15,843 nt of DNA from an uncultured archaeon (lineage in GTDB: Archaea > Asgardarchaeota > Heimdallarchaeia > Heimdallarchaeales > Heimdallarchaeaceae): the NCBI GenBank assembly GCA_964549075.1, contig CAZJUB010000063.1, forward strand, positions 1 to 15,843. Reading direction: 5' to 3'. The notes beneath the pieces are model-generated. The model saw only the letters and a program-made list of their open reading frames with translations, had not been told where the DNA came from and made no database searches. This document shows, piece by piece, positions 1-9,007 of the stretch (the stretch's first letter is position 1; each line of letters opens with the position of its first letter). A program made the position numbers and the translations under genes.

Positions 1-813
1 ATAAAGTAGTCTTATTAATGGGTGCTCTTCACCTAATAGTGCTCATATTTTATGATATACCTCTCTTACTGAACATAAACCAAAGTTAAGATACTCTGAA
101 AGATGTGTTGTTTTATCTAAGGAAGGAAAGTCCCTTTCATATTCATAATTTCTATACTCTGTTAAATTTTCTAAAATTCTTCTACAATTATTATGGCTAC
201 CATGAACTGAAGTTTCAGTATTTTCTTTCTTCATGAATAAATTGATATTCTCAACTCTATTCTCGCTGTTGATCTCTCCTTGAAAGTAGTTCATGAGATT
301 ATTCTTCTTTGGATATTCCACTCTAATTTGTTTAGCTTTATTGTAATATGGAGTAAAAACGACATAAGGTTCATTCTTTGTTGTAAATACATCTTCAGGT
401 TCATTTAGCATATAATCATTGGATTTATACAAACCTATTTCCTGTTTCTTGCAGACTTTAGCTATTCTTTGATCTCTTTTCTTGCTGAAAGGTGTATAAT
501 CTCTATTTATGAAAACTGCATCTATATTATTTTGAATAATTAAATCCTCTATTGCTTTCTCTGGTTTATCAAAAATGATGTTTAATTTAGAATTGTTTTG
601 TTTTAATTGATTATCTAAATCATTCAAAGTTTCCAACATAAATTGTAAGATATTGGTGTTTGTATTATCTTTTTCAACAATTCTTTTATCTATAATGAAT
701 AAGGGAATAACCTCGTTTGACTCTTCTAGTGTTTTTATCAAACCTGTATTATCAAATAACCTCAAATCTCTTCTAAAAATGAACAAAGATTTGTTGTAAA
801 TCCCTTTTTTCAT
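1..813 (-). pseudogene. phrB: DNA photolyase/cryptochrome family gene interrupted by an in-frame TGA at 43-45; runs off the left window edge
   Basis: Carries the N-terminal FRRDLRLFDNTGL motif, EPYVVFTPYY, YEYERDFP and TTHLSEYLNFGLCSVREVY. After the TGA the same frame continues ALLGEEHPLIRLLY to base 1, matching the 'LIRQLYWR'-type start of the FAD-binding domain. The 256-aa product would lack most of that domain. Confidence 0.8.
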
Positions 814-876
814 ATAATCATACTAAGATTGAGGTAAAAGGATAATAAACTTTAGTTGACACAGATTTTCTCTGAG

Positions 877-1173
877 TTATTCCTCTAAGATTTTTGGACC
901 TGAAAGAATAGGTTTCACATATTCTACTATGGATTCAGATAATGTGTTTATTTCACCTTTAGAAAACTCTTCATTTCTCTTTTTAGAACAACTTTTACAT
1001 AAGCCAGCTGGTAATATTACTTTAGAAACAAGATCCTTTTTTTCTCTACTTCTACATCTTCCACAAATCGGTTTTCCACACTCTTTACACTTAAATTTCG
1101 CTGTAGCTCCACAATTTAAACAAATAAGCACTATCTCTTCGTTCTTTTCACCAATGATTATCACAATAATCAA
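877..1173 (-). CDS. Small zinc-finger protein with four CxxC pairs
   Basis: Pattern CLNC-x7-CKEC-x4-CGRC-x18-CKSC. The start is uncertain: TTG at 1173, or a later GTG just before the first Cys. Confidence 0.7.
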   Translation of the reverse strand: MIIVIIIGEKNEEIVLICLNCGATAKFKCKECGKPICGRCRSREKKDLVSKVILPAGLCKSCSKKRNEEFSKGEINTLSESIVEYVKPILSGPKILEE

Positions 1174-1289
1174 AATATTCTCGAGTATTAAATCCCAACA
1201 ATTTTTAAAACAAAAAATGACTTCTAAAGAAGAACGCTTATTCTTTATTGAAGGAAATAATGATCAACTAGAGTAAGTTTTAGGTTGTA

Positions 1290-1682
1290 TCAATCTATTA
1301 TCCCCGTAACCATATAATAACTTAGGAACCCATTTAGTAAGGATATAAAGATTATTACAATTATACATACTCCAAACATGAACCAATTTCTCTCTCCAAA
1401 AATTATTCCCGCGTAAGTGAAGTAGCTGTAGATTATCATTCCTGAAACAACGAAGAACAAATAATAAGGAAAAATTAAATTCGGGAAAAGCATTGATATC
1501 CCACAAACAATACCTGCTATAGTAGTGATGATAAGGGCAATAAAAACGAATAGTTTAGATGGTATTTTTAGTTCTTCTCGATTTTTTTCATTGAATAAGC
1601 TTTTTATTTTAAAAAATAAAGAAGCGACATTTCTTCCAATCATAAATAGACTACAAACCCAGACGATAGCTAGCAATGCCAT
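1290..1682 (-). CDS. Hypothetical integral membrane protein, about 4 TM helices
   Basis: 130 aa with four hydrophobic stretches separated by short charged loops. Starts 27 nt after the lipA stop on the same strand. Confidence 0.7.
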   Translation of the reverse strand: MALLAIVWVCSLFMIGRNVASLFFKIKSLFNEKNREELKIPSKLFVFIALIITTIAGIVCGISMLFPNLIFPYYLFFVVSGMIIYSYFTYAGIIFGERNWFMFGVCIIVIIFISLLNGFLSYYMVTGIID

Positions 1683-1709
1683 AGTATCAATATTTGTGTT
1701 TTCTATTAA

Positions 1710-2576
1710 TTAATTTTCTGCTAAGAGGAAATCTGCTTCTTCAGCGTTGAATGAACTTCTTACAAAAGGTGCAGATGCAACGAAATTAAAACCCAAATCA
1801 TATGCTATTTTTTCATATTCTTTGAATAAATAAGGGGTCACAAATTCTTCTATTTCTAAATCTGAACTTGGAGGTTTAAGATATTGGCCTATTGTTAAAA
1901 TATCACAATCAACTGCACGCAAATCCTTCATAACTTCAATTACTTCTTCTTTTGTTTCACCTAAACCTACCATCAATCCTGATTTTGTGTGAATCTTAGG
2001 ATTGATTTCTTTAACGATTCGAAGTAAACTCACTGAAGTTTTGTAATTAGCTTGTGGTGTGACCTTTCTAAACAATCTAGGAACAACTTCTACATTGTGA
2101 TTTATTATGTCAGGTTTTGATTCAACAATTGTTCGAATATCCTCTTCCTTTCCTTTTAGGTCTGGGATGAGAAGTTCTATGATTAAATTAGGATTATAAT
2201 CTCGTAGTTTTCGTGTAATTCCCGCGAAATGAGCAGCGCCTCCATCTTTGAGATCATCCCTTGTTACAGAAGTAACAACTATATGTTTTAGTCCTAGTTT
2301 TTTAGTTGCTTCTACTATATGATCTGGCTCTTCTGGGTCTAAAGGATTTGGTCTACCGAATCTAATGTCACAGAATTTACAATCTCGAGTACAAATATCC
2401 CCCATAACAAGAAAGGTTGCAGTCTTTTTTTCAAAACACTTCCCTATATTTGGACACATCGACTCTTCGCATACTGTATGTAAATCTAGTTTTCGAAGAA
2501 GTTCTTGAACTTCACGTACCTTTTCTCTATCCATTCTTCCAATTCTTAACCAGTCAGGTTTTTGTATTCTAGGCAT
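1710..2576 (-). CDS. lipA: Lipoyl synthase (radical SAM)
   Basis: KPDWL N-terminus, CEESMCPNIGKC (CX4CX5C auxiliary cluster), CTRDCKFC (CX3CX2C), VTSVTRDDL, KSGLMVGLGET, TIGQYL, and C-terminal VRSSF. Confidence 0.97.
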   Translation of the reverse strand: MPRIQKPDWLRIGRMDREKVREVQELLRKLDLHTVCEESMCPNIGKCFEKKTATFLVMGDICTRDCKFCDIRFGRPNPLDPEEPDHIVEATKKLGLKHIVVTSVTRDDLKDGGAAHFAGITRKLRDYNPNLIIELLIPDLKGKEEDIRTIVESKPDIINHNVEVVPRLFRKVTPQANYKTSVSLLRIVKEINPKIHTKSGLMVGLGETKEEVIEVMKDLRAVDCDILTIGQYLKPPSSDLEIEEFVTPYLFKEYEKIAYDLGFNFVASAPFVRSSFNAEEADFLLAEN

Positions 2577-3273
2577 TTTCTTTTATCCTCTTTTTTAATT
2601 CTTCATCTGTTATTTGTTCAAGTTCAATCTCAAAGATTGATTCAAATAACTTTTCAAATTTTTTATAAATTTCCTTTATATCCAGTTTTTTTCCGAGTAT
2701 TTTTTCCATTGAAATGGGTTCATATTCGGTGATACCACAAGGTACGATTAAACGAAAATGGTCCATATTTGTATTAACGTTTAAAGCTAATCCATGGGAG
2801 GTAATCAGTTTTGAAGCTCTTGCTCCTACAGCTGCGATTTTCCATGGTCTTCCTTGGTAATTAAGCCAAACTCCAGGATATCCTTCTTTTCTCCAACCTT
2901 CTATTCCATATCCTTGTAGTAATTGGATTAATATTTCTTCCATATTCCATACAAACTGGTCAACACTAATACTTAATCTTGAGAGATTTAAAAGAAAGTA
3001 TCCAACTAATTGACCTGGTCCATGATATGTTACTTCTCCTCCTCTAATTACCTCGATCACGTCAATTCCTTCTTTTTGTAAAATATCTTCTGTAGCTAAA
3101 ATGTCATCTCGCGAGCCTTTTTTACCAATTGTAAAGACAGGATTATGTTGTAAAACTAGTAAAAAATTATCGAAATCCCTATCTTCTTCTTTGATTAGCC
3201 TTATATCTTGTTGTAATTTCAAAGATTTTCGATATTCAATATAATCATATTCAACAAGATAACATTTTCTCAT
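2569..3273 (-). CDS. lipB: Lipoyl(octanoyl) transferase
   Basis: QHNPVFTIG, RGGEVTYHGPGQLVGY, KIAAVG (catalytic Lys), HGLALNV and IVPCG (catalytic Cys). Overlaps the lipA start by 8 nt. Confidence 0.95.
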   Translation of the reverse strand: MRKCYLVEYDYIEYRKSLKLQQDIRLIKEEDRDFDNFLLVLQHNPVFTIGKKGSRDDILATEDILQKEGIDVIEVIRGGEVTYHGPGQLVGYFLLNLSRLSISVDQFVWNMEEILIQLLQGYGIEGWRKEGYPGVWLNYQGRPWKIAAVGARASKLITSHGLALNVNTNMDHFRLIVPCGITEYEPISMEKILGKKLDIKEIYKKFEKLFESIFEIELEQITDEELKKRIKENA

Positions 3274-3380
3274 TATTTTCTTCTTTAAAACTGTGTTTTT
3301 AGCAATTGTGGTCTGTCAGTAATTGTAAGCTTCAGTAAAGTTGAAAAGCAACCTTACACAGAAGTTATAATTGGTTATCA

Positions 3381-4118
3381 ATGGCTAAATTTCTAACAAT
3401 TCTACTAGCAGAAGCTTCACTTGAACCTTTTCCCGAAGAGCTAATGAAGAATATCAAGGTTCGTAATTATTTTTCAAAAATAAAAGCTAAACCATCAGAA
3501 GTGATGCTTGATACTAGTTATCACAAACATCTACTTGAAGGTCTACCTGATTTTGAAAAAAGAGGTAGACCAGACATTGTTCATTTTGCGTTATTATCTT
3601 GCTTTGGATCAATTTTAGCAAGAGATCATAGATTAAGGGTTATGATACATACTTGTAATAATGAAGTTATTTTTTTAGATCCGGAAGTAAGATTACCTAA
3701 AAATATTGATAGATTTAATGGTTTGTTTCTTCAATTATTTAGAGATAAACAAGTTCCTCCTTCTGGGGATAAAGTCTTAATGAGCCTTAAACCAGGTAAT
3801 TTATTTGATTTAATAAAGAAACTTCGTCAAGAACATGATCTAGTTATTGAATTTAGTGTAAAAGGAGAACAGTTAACTCCTTCAGAGTATTCAGACATAA
3901 TTTATGGTGCGACAAATCCTTTACTGATTTTTGGCGCCTTTCCTCATGGTGAATTAATGAAGATACCTAAGAATCTGGTTGACAAAAAATTAGGTATCTA
4001 TAAAGAAGGATTAGATCTTTTCGCTGTGATCTCACAAATTCTAGCTAGTCAACATATGTTAGAAGAGAATAAACTGACTGAAAAGGACGTTGAAACTGAA
4101 GAAATCTTTTGGGAATAA
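3381..4118 (+). CDS. nep1: Nep1/Emg1 SSU rRNA pseudouridine N1-methyltransferase (SPOUT)
   Basis: LAEASLE, LDTSYH, KRGRPDIVHFALL, RLPKNIDRFNGL and GAFPHG motifs. Confidence 0.93.
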   Translation: MAKFLTILLAEASLEPFPEELMKNIKVRNYFSKIKAKPSEVMLDTSYHKHLLEGLPDFEKRGRPDIVHFALLSCFGSILARDHRLRVMIHTCNNEVIFLDPEVRLPKNIDRFNGLFLQLFRDKQVPPSGDKVLMSLKPGNLFDLIKKLRQEHDLVIEFSVKGEQLTPSEYSDIIYGATNPLLIFGAFPHGELMKIPKNLVDKKLGIYKEGLDLFAVISQILASQHMLEENKLTEKDVETEEIFWE

Positions 4119-4191
4119 CACAACGATTCATACAAGTCTCTCTAACTTCCTAACGACATATTTAAATTCCATCTCTTAGAGGCACAATTAG

Positions 4192-6318
4192 GTGAAAATA
4201 CTGCCATTAACTAAGTTAGAAAAACTATTGCATCCTGATAGTGTTGCAATTATAGGAGCTAGTCCAGATAAAAAGAAAGTGGGTTATGCGGCCTTGAAAA
4301 ATATGGTTCTGAGTGGATTTAAAGGCAGACTTTATGCAATTAATCCTAAAGCAGAACAATATGGGGAGATAGAGGGAGTGAAAGTTTATGCAAATATAAA
4401 CGAAATTGATGATGATATTGATTTAGCAGTAGTCTGTATTCCAGCAAGATTTATTCCTTCATTAATGGAGGATTTAGGAAAGAAAGGAGTAAAATATGCT
4501 GCAGTAATTACTGCTGGATTCAAAGAAACTGGTGAACAAGGAGCAAAACTAGAACGGCAATTAGTCGAAATAGCTAAGAAGTATGGAACAAGAATTGTAG
4601 GACCTAATATCTTAGGTGTTATAGATACTTCTGCTCCTATGAATGCAAGTTTTGCTGAGCGTTCTCCTATTAAAGGAGAAGTTGCGTTTTTAAGTCAAAG
4701 TGGAGCTTTGTTAACAGGTATTTTAGACTGGAGTTGTGCAGAAGGAATTGGTTATTCAAGTTTTGTTTCTCTTGGAAATAAAGCTGATTTAGATGAAACA
4801 GATTTTATTGAAGCTTTAGCAGATGATGATAATACTTTAGCTATATTGGCTTACCTAGAAAGTATTAGTCGTGGAACCGAGTTTATAAAAGTATGTAGAG
4901 AGGTCACACGCAAAAAACCAGTGATTGTCATTAAATCAGGCAGGTCTGAAGCAGGCTCAAAAGCAGCATCATCACATACGGGCAGTATGACAGGTGCAGA
5001 TACAACCTATGATGTGGCTTTTGAGAAAAGTGGAGTAATAAGAGCTGAAGACGCTCAAGAAATCTTTGATGTAGCTTTTGCATTTAGTTTCATGCCTGTA
5101 CCAAAGGGAAACAAAGTGGTAATTATTACTAATGCTGGAGGTCCAGGAATACTCGCAACAGATGCTGCTGAAAAATATGGCCTTGAATTAGCAACCCTTT
5201 CTGAAGAATTTAAAGATGAATTAAGAACATTTCTACCTCCTGCAGCAAATTTTAACAACCCGATAGATGCCTTAGGAACAGCACAAGCAGAAGATTATGG
5301 TCGAGTTTTAGAGTTGTCCTTGCTTGATGATAATATTGATGGAGCTATAGTTATCCTTACACCACAAGCAATGACTGAAGGACAAGAAACAGCTGAGAAG
5401 ATAATTGAAATTCGTGCTAAATATCCACAGAAACCAATTGTGACTATTTTTATTGGTGGGGAAATTCTTGGTCCAACTATCTATCAATTAAAGAAAAACA
5501 AAATCCCTTGTTTTCCACTTCCTGAACGTGGAGTCAGAGCTATGTCTGCATTAGCAGACTATAATAAAATTAGAACTAGACCAATCGATGATCAAGTCCC
5601 AGATATTAAACGTGATAAGGAAGAAGTTCTAAAGATACTGGAACGTGTTAAATCAGAGGGAAGAAGTAATCTCCTTGGAACAGAAGCAATAGAAGTTGCT
5701 CAAGCATATGGCATTTATACCCCTGTAACAAAACTTGCCCATTCAGCTGAACAAGCAGCTTTCCTAGCTGAGGAGATCGGTTTTCCAGTTGTTATGAAAA
5801 TAACAAGTCCTGATATTATACATAAAACAGATATTGGTGGTGTTCGACTTAATATCAATAGCAAAGAGGAAGCATCGAAGGTTTACGAAGAGATTATTGC
5901 AAACGCAAAGAAACATCATCCTGAATCAAAGCTTCTAGCTGTTGACATTCAAAAAATGGAGAAAACAGGTAAAGAATTAATTGTTGGTTCCATGAAAGAT
6001 CCACAATTTGGTTCACTAGTAATGGTTGGGTTAGGTGGTGTTTATACAAATTTCTTAAAAGATGTATCATTTGGTCTAGCACCTCTAACAGAAAACGAAG
6101 CTTCTACTATTCTGAAAAGAACAAAAACATATACCCTCCTTAAAGGAGTACGAGGTGAACCACCTTCAGATATTAAAGCAGTAATTGACACTTTAGTAAA
6201 GATCTCAATTTTAGTTCATGACTTCCCACAGATAAAAGAACTAGACGTAAATCCTTTCTTTGTTTATGAGGATGGAGAAGGTGTATCAGCTCTTGATGTA
6301 AAAATCACTATTGAGTAA
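4192..6318 (+). CDS. acdAB: Acetate/acyl-CoA ligase (ADP-forming), fused alpha-beta subunits
   Basis: CoA-binding SVAIIGAS, GPNILG, SQSGA, SLGNKAD, phospho-His AASSHTGS, TNAGGPG and NPIDALG, then an ATP-grasp with GFPVVMKITSPDIIHKTDIGGV and ELDVNP. No GNAT domain, so it is not a Pat acetyltransferase. The GTG start is approximate. Confidence 0.92.
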   Translation: MKILPLTKLEKLLHPDSVAIIGASPDKKKVGYAALKNMVLSGFKGRLYAINPKAEQYGEIEGVKVYANINEIDDDIDLAVVCIPARFIPSLMEDLGKKGVKYAAVITAGFKETGEQGAKLERQLVEIAKKYGTRIVGPNILGVIDTSAPMNASFAERSPIKGEVAFLSQSGALLTGILDWSCAEGIGYSSFVSLGNKADLDETDFIEALADDDNTLAILAYLESISRGTEFIKVCREVTRKKPVIVIKSGRSEAGSKAASSHTGSMTGADTTYDVAFEKSGVIRAEDAQEIFDVAFAFSFMPVPKGNKVVIITNAGGPGILATDAAEKYGLELATLSEEFKDELRTFLPPAANFNNPIDALGTAQAEDYGRVLELSLLDDNIDGAIVILTPQAMTEGQETAEKIIEIRAKYPQKPIVTIFIGGEILGPTIYQLKKNKIPCFPLPERGVRAMSALADYNKIRTRPIDDQVPDIKRDKEEVLKILERVKSEGRSNLLGTEAIEVAQAYGIYTPVTKLAHSAEQAAFLAEEIGFPVVMKITSPDIIHKTDIGGVRLNINSKEEASKVYEEIIANAKKHHPESKLLAVDIQKMEKTGKELIVGSMKDPQFGSLVMVGLGGVYTNFLKDVSFGLAPLTENEASTILKRTKTYTLLKGVRGEPPSDIKAVIDTLVKISILVHDFPQIKELDVNPFFVYEDGEGVSALDVKITIE

Positions 6319-6340
6319 CTAATGTTACTCTCTTCTTTTG
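6313..6340 (+). terminator. Stem-loop plus pyrimidine tract at the acdAB stop
   Basis: GAGTAAC-TAAT-GTTACTC is a perfect 7-bp stem, followed by TCTTCTTTTG, between convergent genes. Confidence 0.5.
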
Positions 6341-6454
6341 TATTATTTATGTATTATTAATGTAATTGTAAACTTACGAGAACTTTGATAAATTTAAGTT
6401 AAGATCTCTTTAATAAGTTTTAAAGAATTTATTTGAATTTCAAAATTAAATGAA

Positions 6455-7063
6455 TTATTGACCGTTTTTCAATCCCTCAAAAACTATAAAGCCTGTCTTT
6501 AATTTTTCAGCTTCTTCTTCTGTTAGTTTGAACGATTCCAGTTTATTTTCATCAGCAGGAATGATGGTGGAATTTCCAAAAGGATCTTCAACAATAACAT
6601 CTATCGGTTTGTTCTCATCAATATACTCATCAATCATCTTGATGTAGTCACTGATTTTCTGTCTTTCCTCTTGAGTCTCTGCATCATTCAGAAGGAATTT
6701 CACTTTTCCTTGTATATCTCTCAGAATACCTTCTATATTGTTAACAAAACCATTTGCATTGGGACCAGGTTCAATCATAGCTCCAATTTGAGGAAATCTT
6801 ATGGTACCATTAGCAGCTCTTACTATTTTTGTTGTATAATCATCCTTGTTTTCAGCATGATAGATATATCTCATCGGTTCTTTTACTGATAGGTTAATAA
6901 AATCATTATATTTGTAATGACAATCTAAACATGTTAAATTAAAGAACCACATCTCAGGAAAATGAGGAATATCCATAATCTTCTGAATGACTTTTGTATT
7001 CGTGCTTTCACATACTGGACATGGTGTTTTCATCAATTCAGAACTCAATTCCTCAGATGTCAT
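6455..7063 (-). CDS. ZPR1 zinc-finger protein (archaeal single module)
   Basis: CPVC...DIPHFPE...CLDC zinc ribbon, IEPGP, NIEGIL and EDPFGNS motifs. Confidence 0.92.
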   Translation of the reverse strand: MTSEELSSELMKTPCPVCESTNTKVIQKIMDIPHFPEMWFFNLTCLDCHYKYNDFINLSVKEPMRYIYHAENKDDYTTKIVRAANGTIRFPQIGAMIEPGPNANGFVNNIEGILRDIQGKVKFLLNDAETQEERQKISDYIKMIDEYIDENKPIDVIVEDPFGNSTIIPADENKLESFKLTEEEAEKLKTGFIVFEGLKNGQ

Positions 7064-7182
7064 CTAATCGTTCTAATCTTGGTTATCTCTAATTTAAAGA
7101 TTCAGATATTTTAAGAAAATAATTTTACAAGGCACCTATTCTAATGATAGGTTTTTTTAGAACCAGATAAAATGTAATTTAG

Positions 7183-7806
7183 ATGGAAAAACTTAATGCA
7201 ATTTATGACAAGCTTTATCGTTATTATGGCCCTCAGAATTGGTGGCCAGGTGAAGGTTTAGAGATTGCAATTGGTGCCGTCCTTACTCAGCAAACAAATT
7301 GGAATAATGTCGAAAAAGCTATTTCGAATCTAAAAAAAGAAAATTGCTTAAATTTAGATTGTTTAAAGATGATTTCTATGTCTAGATTAGAGAGTCTAAT
7401 TAAGTCAAGTGGTTTTTATAAAGTCAAAGCAAAAAGATTGAAAAATTTAGTCAATTTGTTCATTAAAGACCTTAATCCTAGCCGTGAAATGCTACTTAGT
7501 GTTAAAGGTATAGGGTACGAAACAGCTGACTCTATCCTTCTTTATCAACTAGAACGACCATATTTCGTAATAGATGAGTATACTTTTCGAATTATGAATC
7601 GTGTTGGAATATACAAAAAAAGAAATTATTTGCAACTCCAAAGACTATTTATTGAGAATATTCCAACGGATATACAAATATATCAAGAATTTCATGCACT
7701 TTTAGTTACTCATGCTAAGCAGCGTTGTAAGAAAACAAACCCAATTTGCATGAACTGCCCTTTAAGAGATCTATGTCAATATCAACTGGAAAAAAAAGGT
7801 GATTAG
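7183..7806 (+). CDS. HhH-GPD DNA glycosylase, endonuclease III-related, with a 4Fe-4S loop
   Basis: YGPQNWWP, GAVLTQQTNWNNV, HhH LLSVKGIGYETADSILLY, FVIDEYTFRI, EFHALL and CKKTNPICMNCPLRDLC. It has Glu where Nth has its AP-lyase Lys, so it is probably monofunctional. Confidence 0.9.
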   Translation: MEKLNAIYDKLYRYYGPQNWWPGEGLEIAIGAVLTQQTNWNNVEKAISNLKKENCLNLDCLKMISMSRLESLIKSSGFYKVKAKRLKNLVNLFIKDLNPSREMLLSVKGIGYETADSILLYQLERPYFVIDEYTFRIMNRVGIYKKRNYLQLQRLFIENIPTDIQIYQEFHALLVTHAKQRCKKTNPICMNCPLRDLCQYQLEKKGD

Positions 7807-7807
7807 G

Positions 7808-9007
7808 ATGTTCCTTACGAAATATCAAGAAAGAATGCTTAATGGTGAGATGGGTGAAGCGATTTCTAAATGCATGGAGCTAATTGTAAAGATAGGAGAA
7901 TTGAACGGTGCTGACAATCTTATACCTATTAAAAGTGCTCAAATTGCAGGCGTTTCTTATTATACAGTAGGTGAATCAATCTTTTCTTTTCTGGAATTCT
8001 TCTCAAAAGATCAGATAAAAGTAAAGGTTCCAAGCTGGTTAAATCCAGCTGGAATGGATAGAGCAAAATGGAGAGAAATGGGTGTTTCTGAAGACTTTGC
8101 AGAGAAACAAAACAAAATAATTAAACTTTATATGAGCATGGGAATTGAACAAACACTTACCTGTACTCCTTATCTGATTGGGCATAAACCTTCATTTGGT
8201 GACCATTTGTCATGGAGTGAATCTTCTGCAGTTTCAATTGCAAATGGATTTTATGGTGCTAGAACTAATAGAGAAGGAGCACCATTAGCACTAGCATCCG
8301 CTGTAATAGGTTTAACTGCTAATTATGGTTTACACAAAGATGAGTACAGAGTACCGAAAGTTATGATAAATGTTAAAACTAATATAAAGCACTTTTCTGA
8401 TTATTCAGCTCTAGGTTATTGGTACGGGTTAAGATATCAGGGGTTTATACCTTATTTCAAAGGACTTGGTAATTCTACAGTTGATCAAGTCAAAATGTTA
8501 GCAGCAGCTATGGCTGCTTCAGGAAGTGTTGCCCACTTTCATATTGAAAACCAAACTCCAGAATCTAAAAATATAGATTTAAGTTCAATAGATGAAACTA
8601 TAATTTTTACTGAAGACGATAAAAAGTCGATATATTCTATTTATGATCAAACTAAAGATGAGGTAGATTTAGTTGTATTAGGCTGTCCTCACACGAGTAT
8701 ATCTGATTTAAAGAAGATATATTCCTTCATTAAAAACAAATCCCTAAAGAAAGATGTTGACTTCTGGATTTTTTCATCAAAAACAGAACTAGAAAAAGAC
8801 CAATCTAGAAGTCTCATTGAAAAGCTTGAGGATAAAGGAATTAAGATTTTTACTGATACGTGCATGGTGGTTTCCCCAGTCGTAAGAGAGAGATATAAAA
8901 ATATAATCACAAACTCTACTAAAGCTGCTTTTTACCTTACAAGAAAAGGTGATAATAGAGTGAATCTTCAATCACTAGAAAAGATTTCACAAGAGGTTTT
9001 CAAATGA
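7808..9007 (+). CDS. Aconitase X catalytic (large) subunit, probable phosphomevalonate dehydratase
   Basis: AQIAGVSY, LNPAG, TCTPY, WSESSA, GARTNREG, GCPH and DTCMVVSP (three Cys ligands), and TNSTKAAFY. ATG at 7808 has a GGTGA SD-like motif at 7798-7802. The ORF track's GTG at 7799 is an alternative start. Confidence 0.88.
   Translation: MFLTKYQERMLNGEMGEAISKCMELIVKIGELNGADNLIPIKSAQIAGVSYYTVGESIFSFLEFFSKDQIKVKVPSWLNPAGMDRAKWREMGVSEDFAEKQNKIIKLYMSMGIEQTLTCTPYLIGHKPSFGDHLSWSESSAVSIANGFYGARTNREGAPLALASAVIGLTANYGLHKDEYRVPKVMINVKTNIKHFSDYSALGYWYGLRYQGFIPYFKGLGNSTVDQVKMLAAAMAASGSVAHFHIENQTPESKNIDLSSIDETIIFTEDDKKSIYSIYDQTKDEVDLVVLGCPHTSISDLKKIYSFIKNKSLKKDVDFWIFSSKTELEKDQSRSLIEKLEDKGIKIFTDTCMVVSPVVRERYKNIITNSTKAAFYLTRKGDNRVNLQSLEKISQEVFK

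Noticed and set aside
43-45. TGA as selenocysteine or as a reassigned sense codon
   Set aside because: The position is not a catalytic Cys site in photolyases, and TGA terminates other intact genes here (9005-9007, 9415-9417, 1290-1292).
929-1713. ORFs 929..1276(+), 1264..1506(-) and 1525..1713(+)
   Set aside because: They are antisense or alternate-frame shadows of the zinc-finger and membrane protein genes, with no recognisable motifs.
6340-6454. AT-rich stretch as a replication origin unwinding element
   Set aside because: No ORB-like repeats or cdc6/orc1 gene are nearby. It is adequately explained as a convergent terminator region.
5055-6889. ORFs 5055..5258(-), 5894..6082(-) and 6671..6889(+)
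   Set aside because: They are antisense to the well-supported acdAB and ZPR1 genes and have no motifs.
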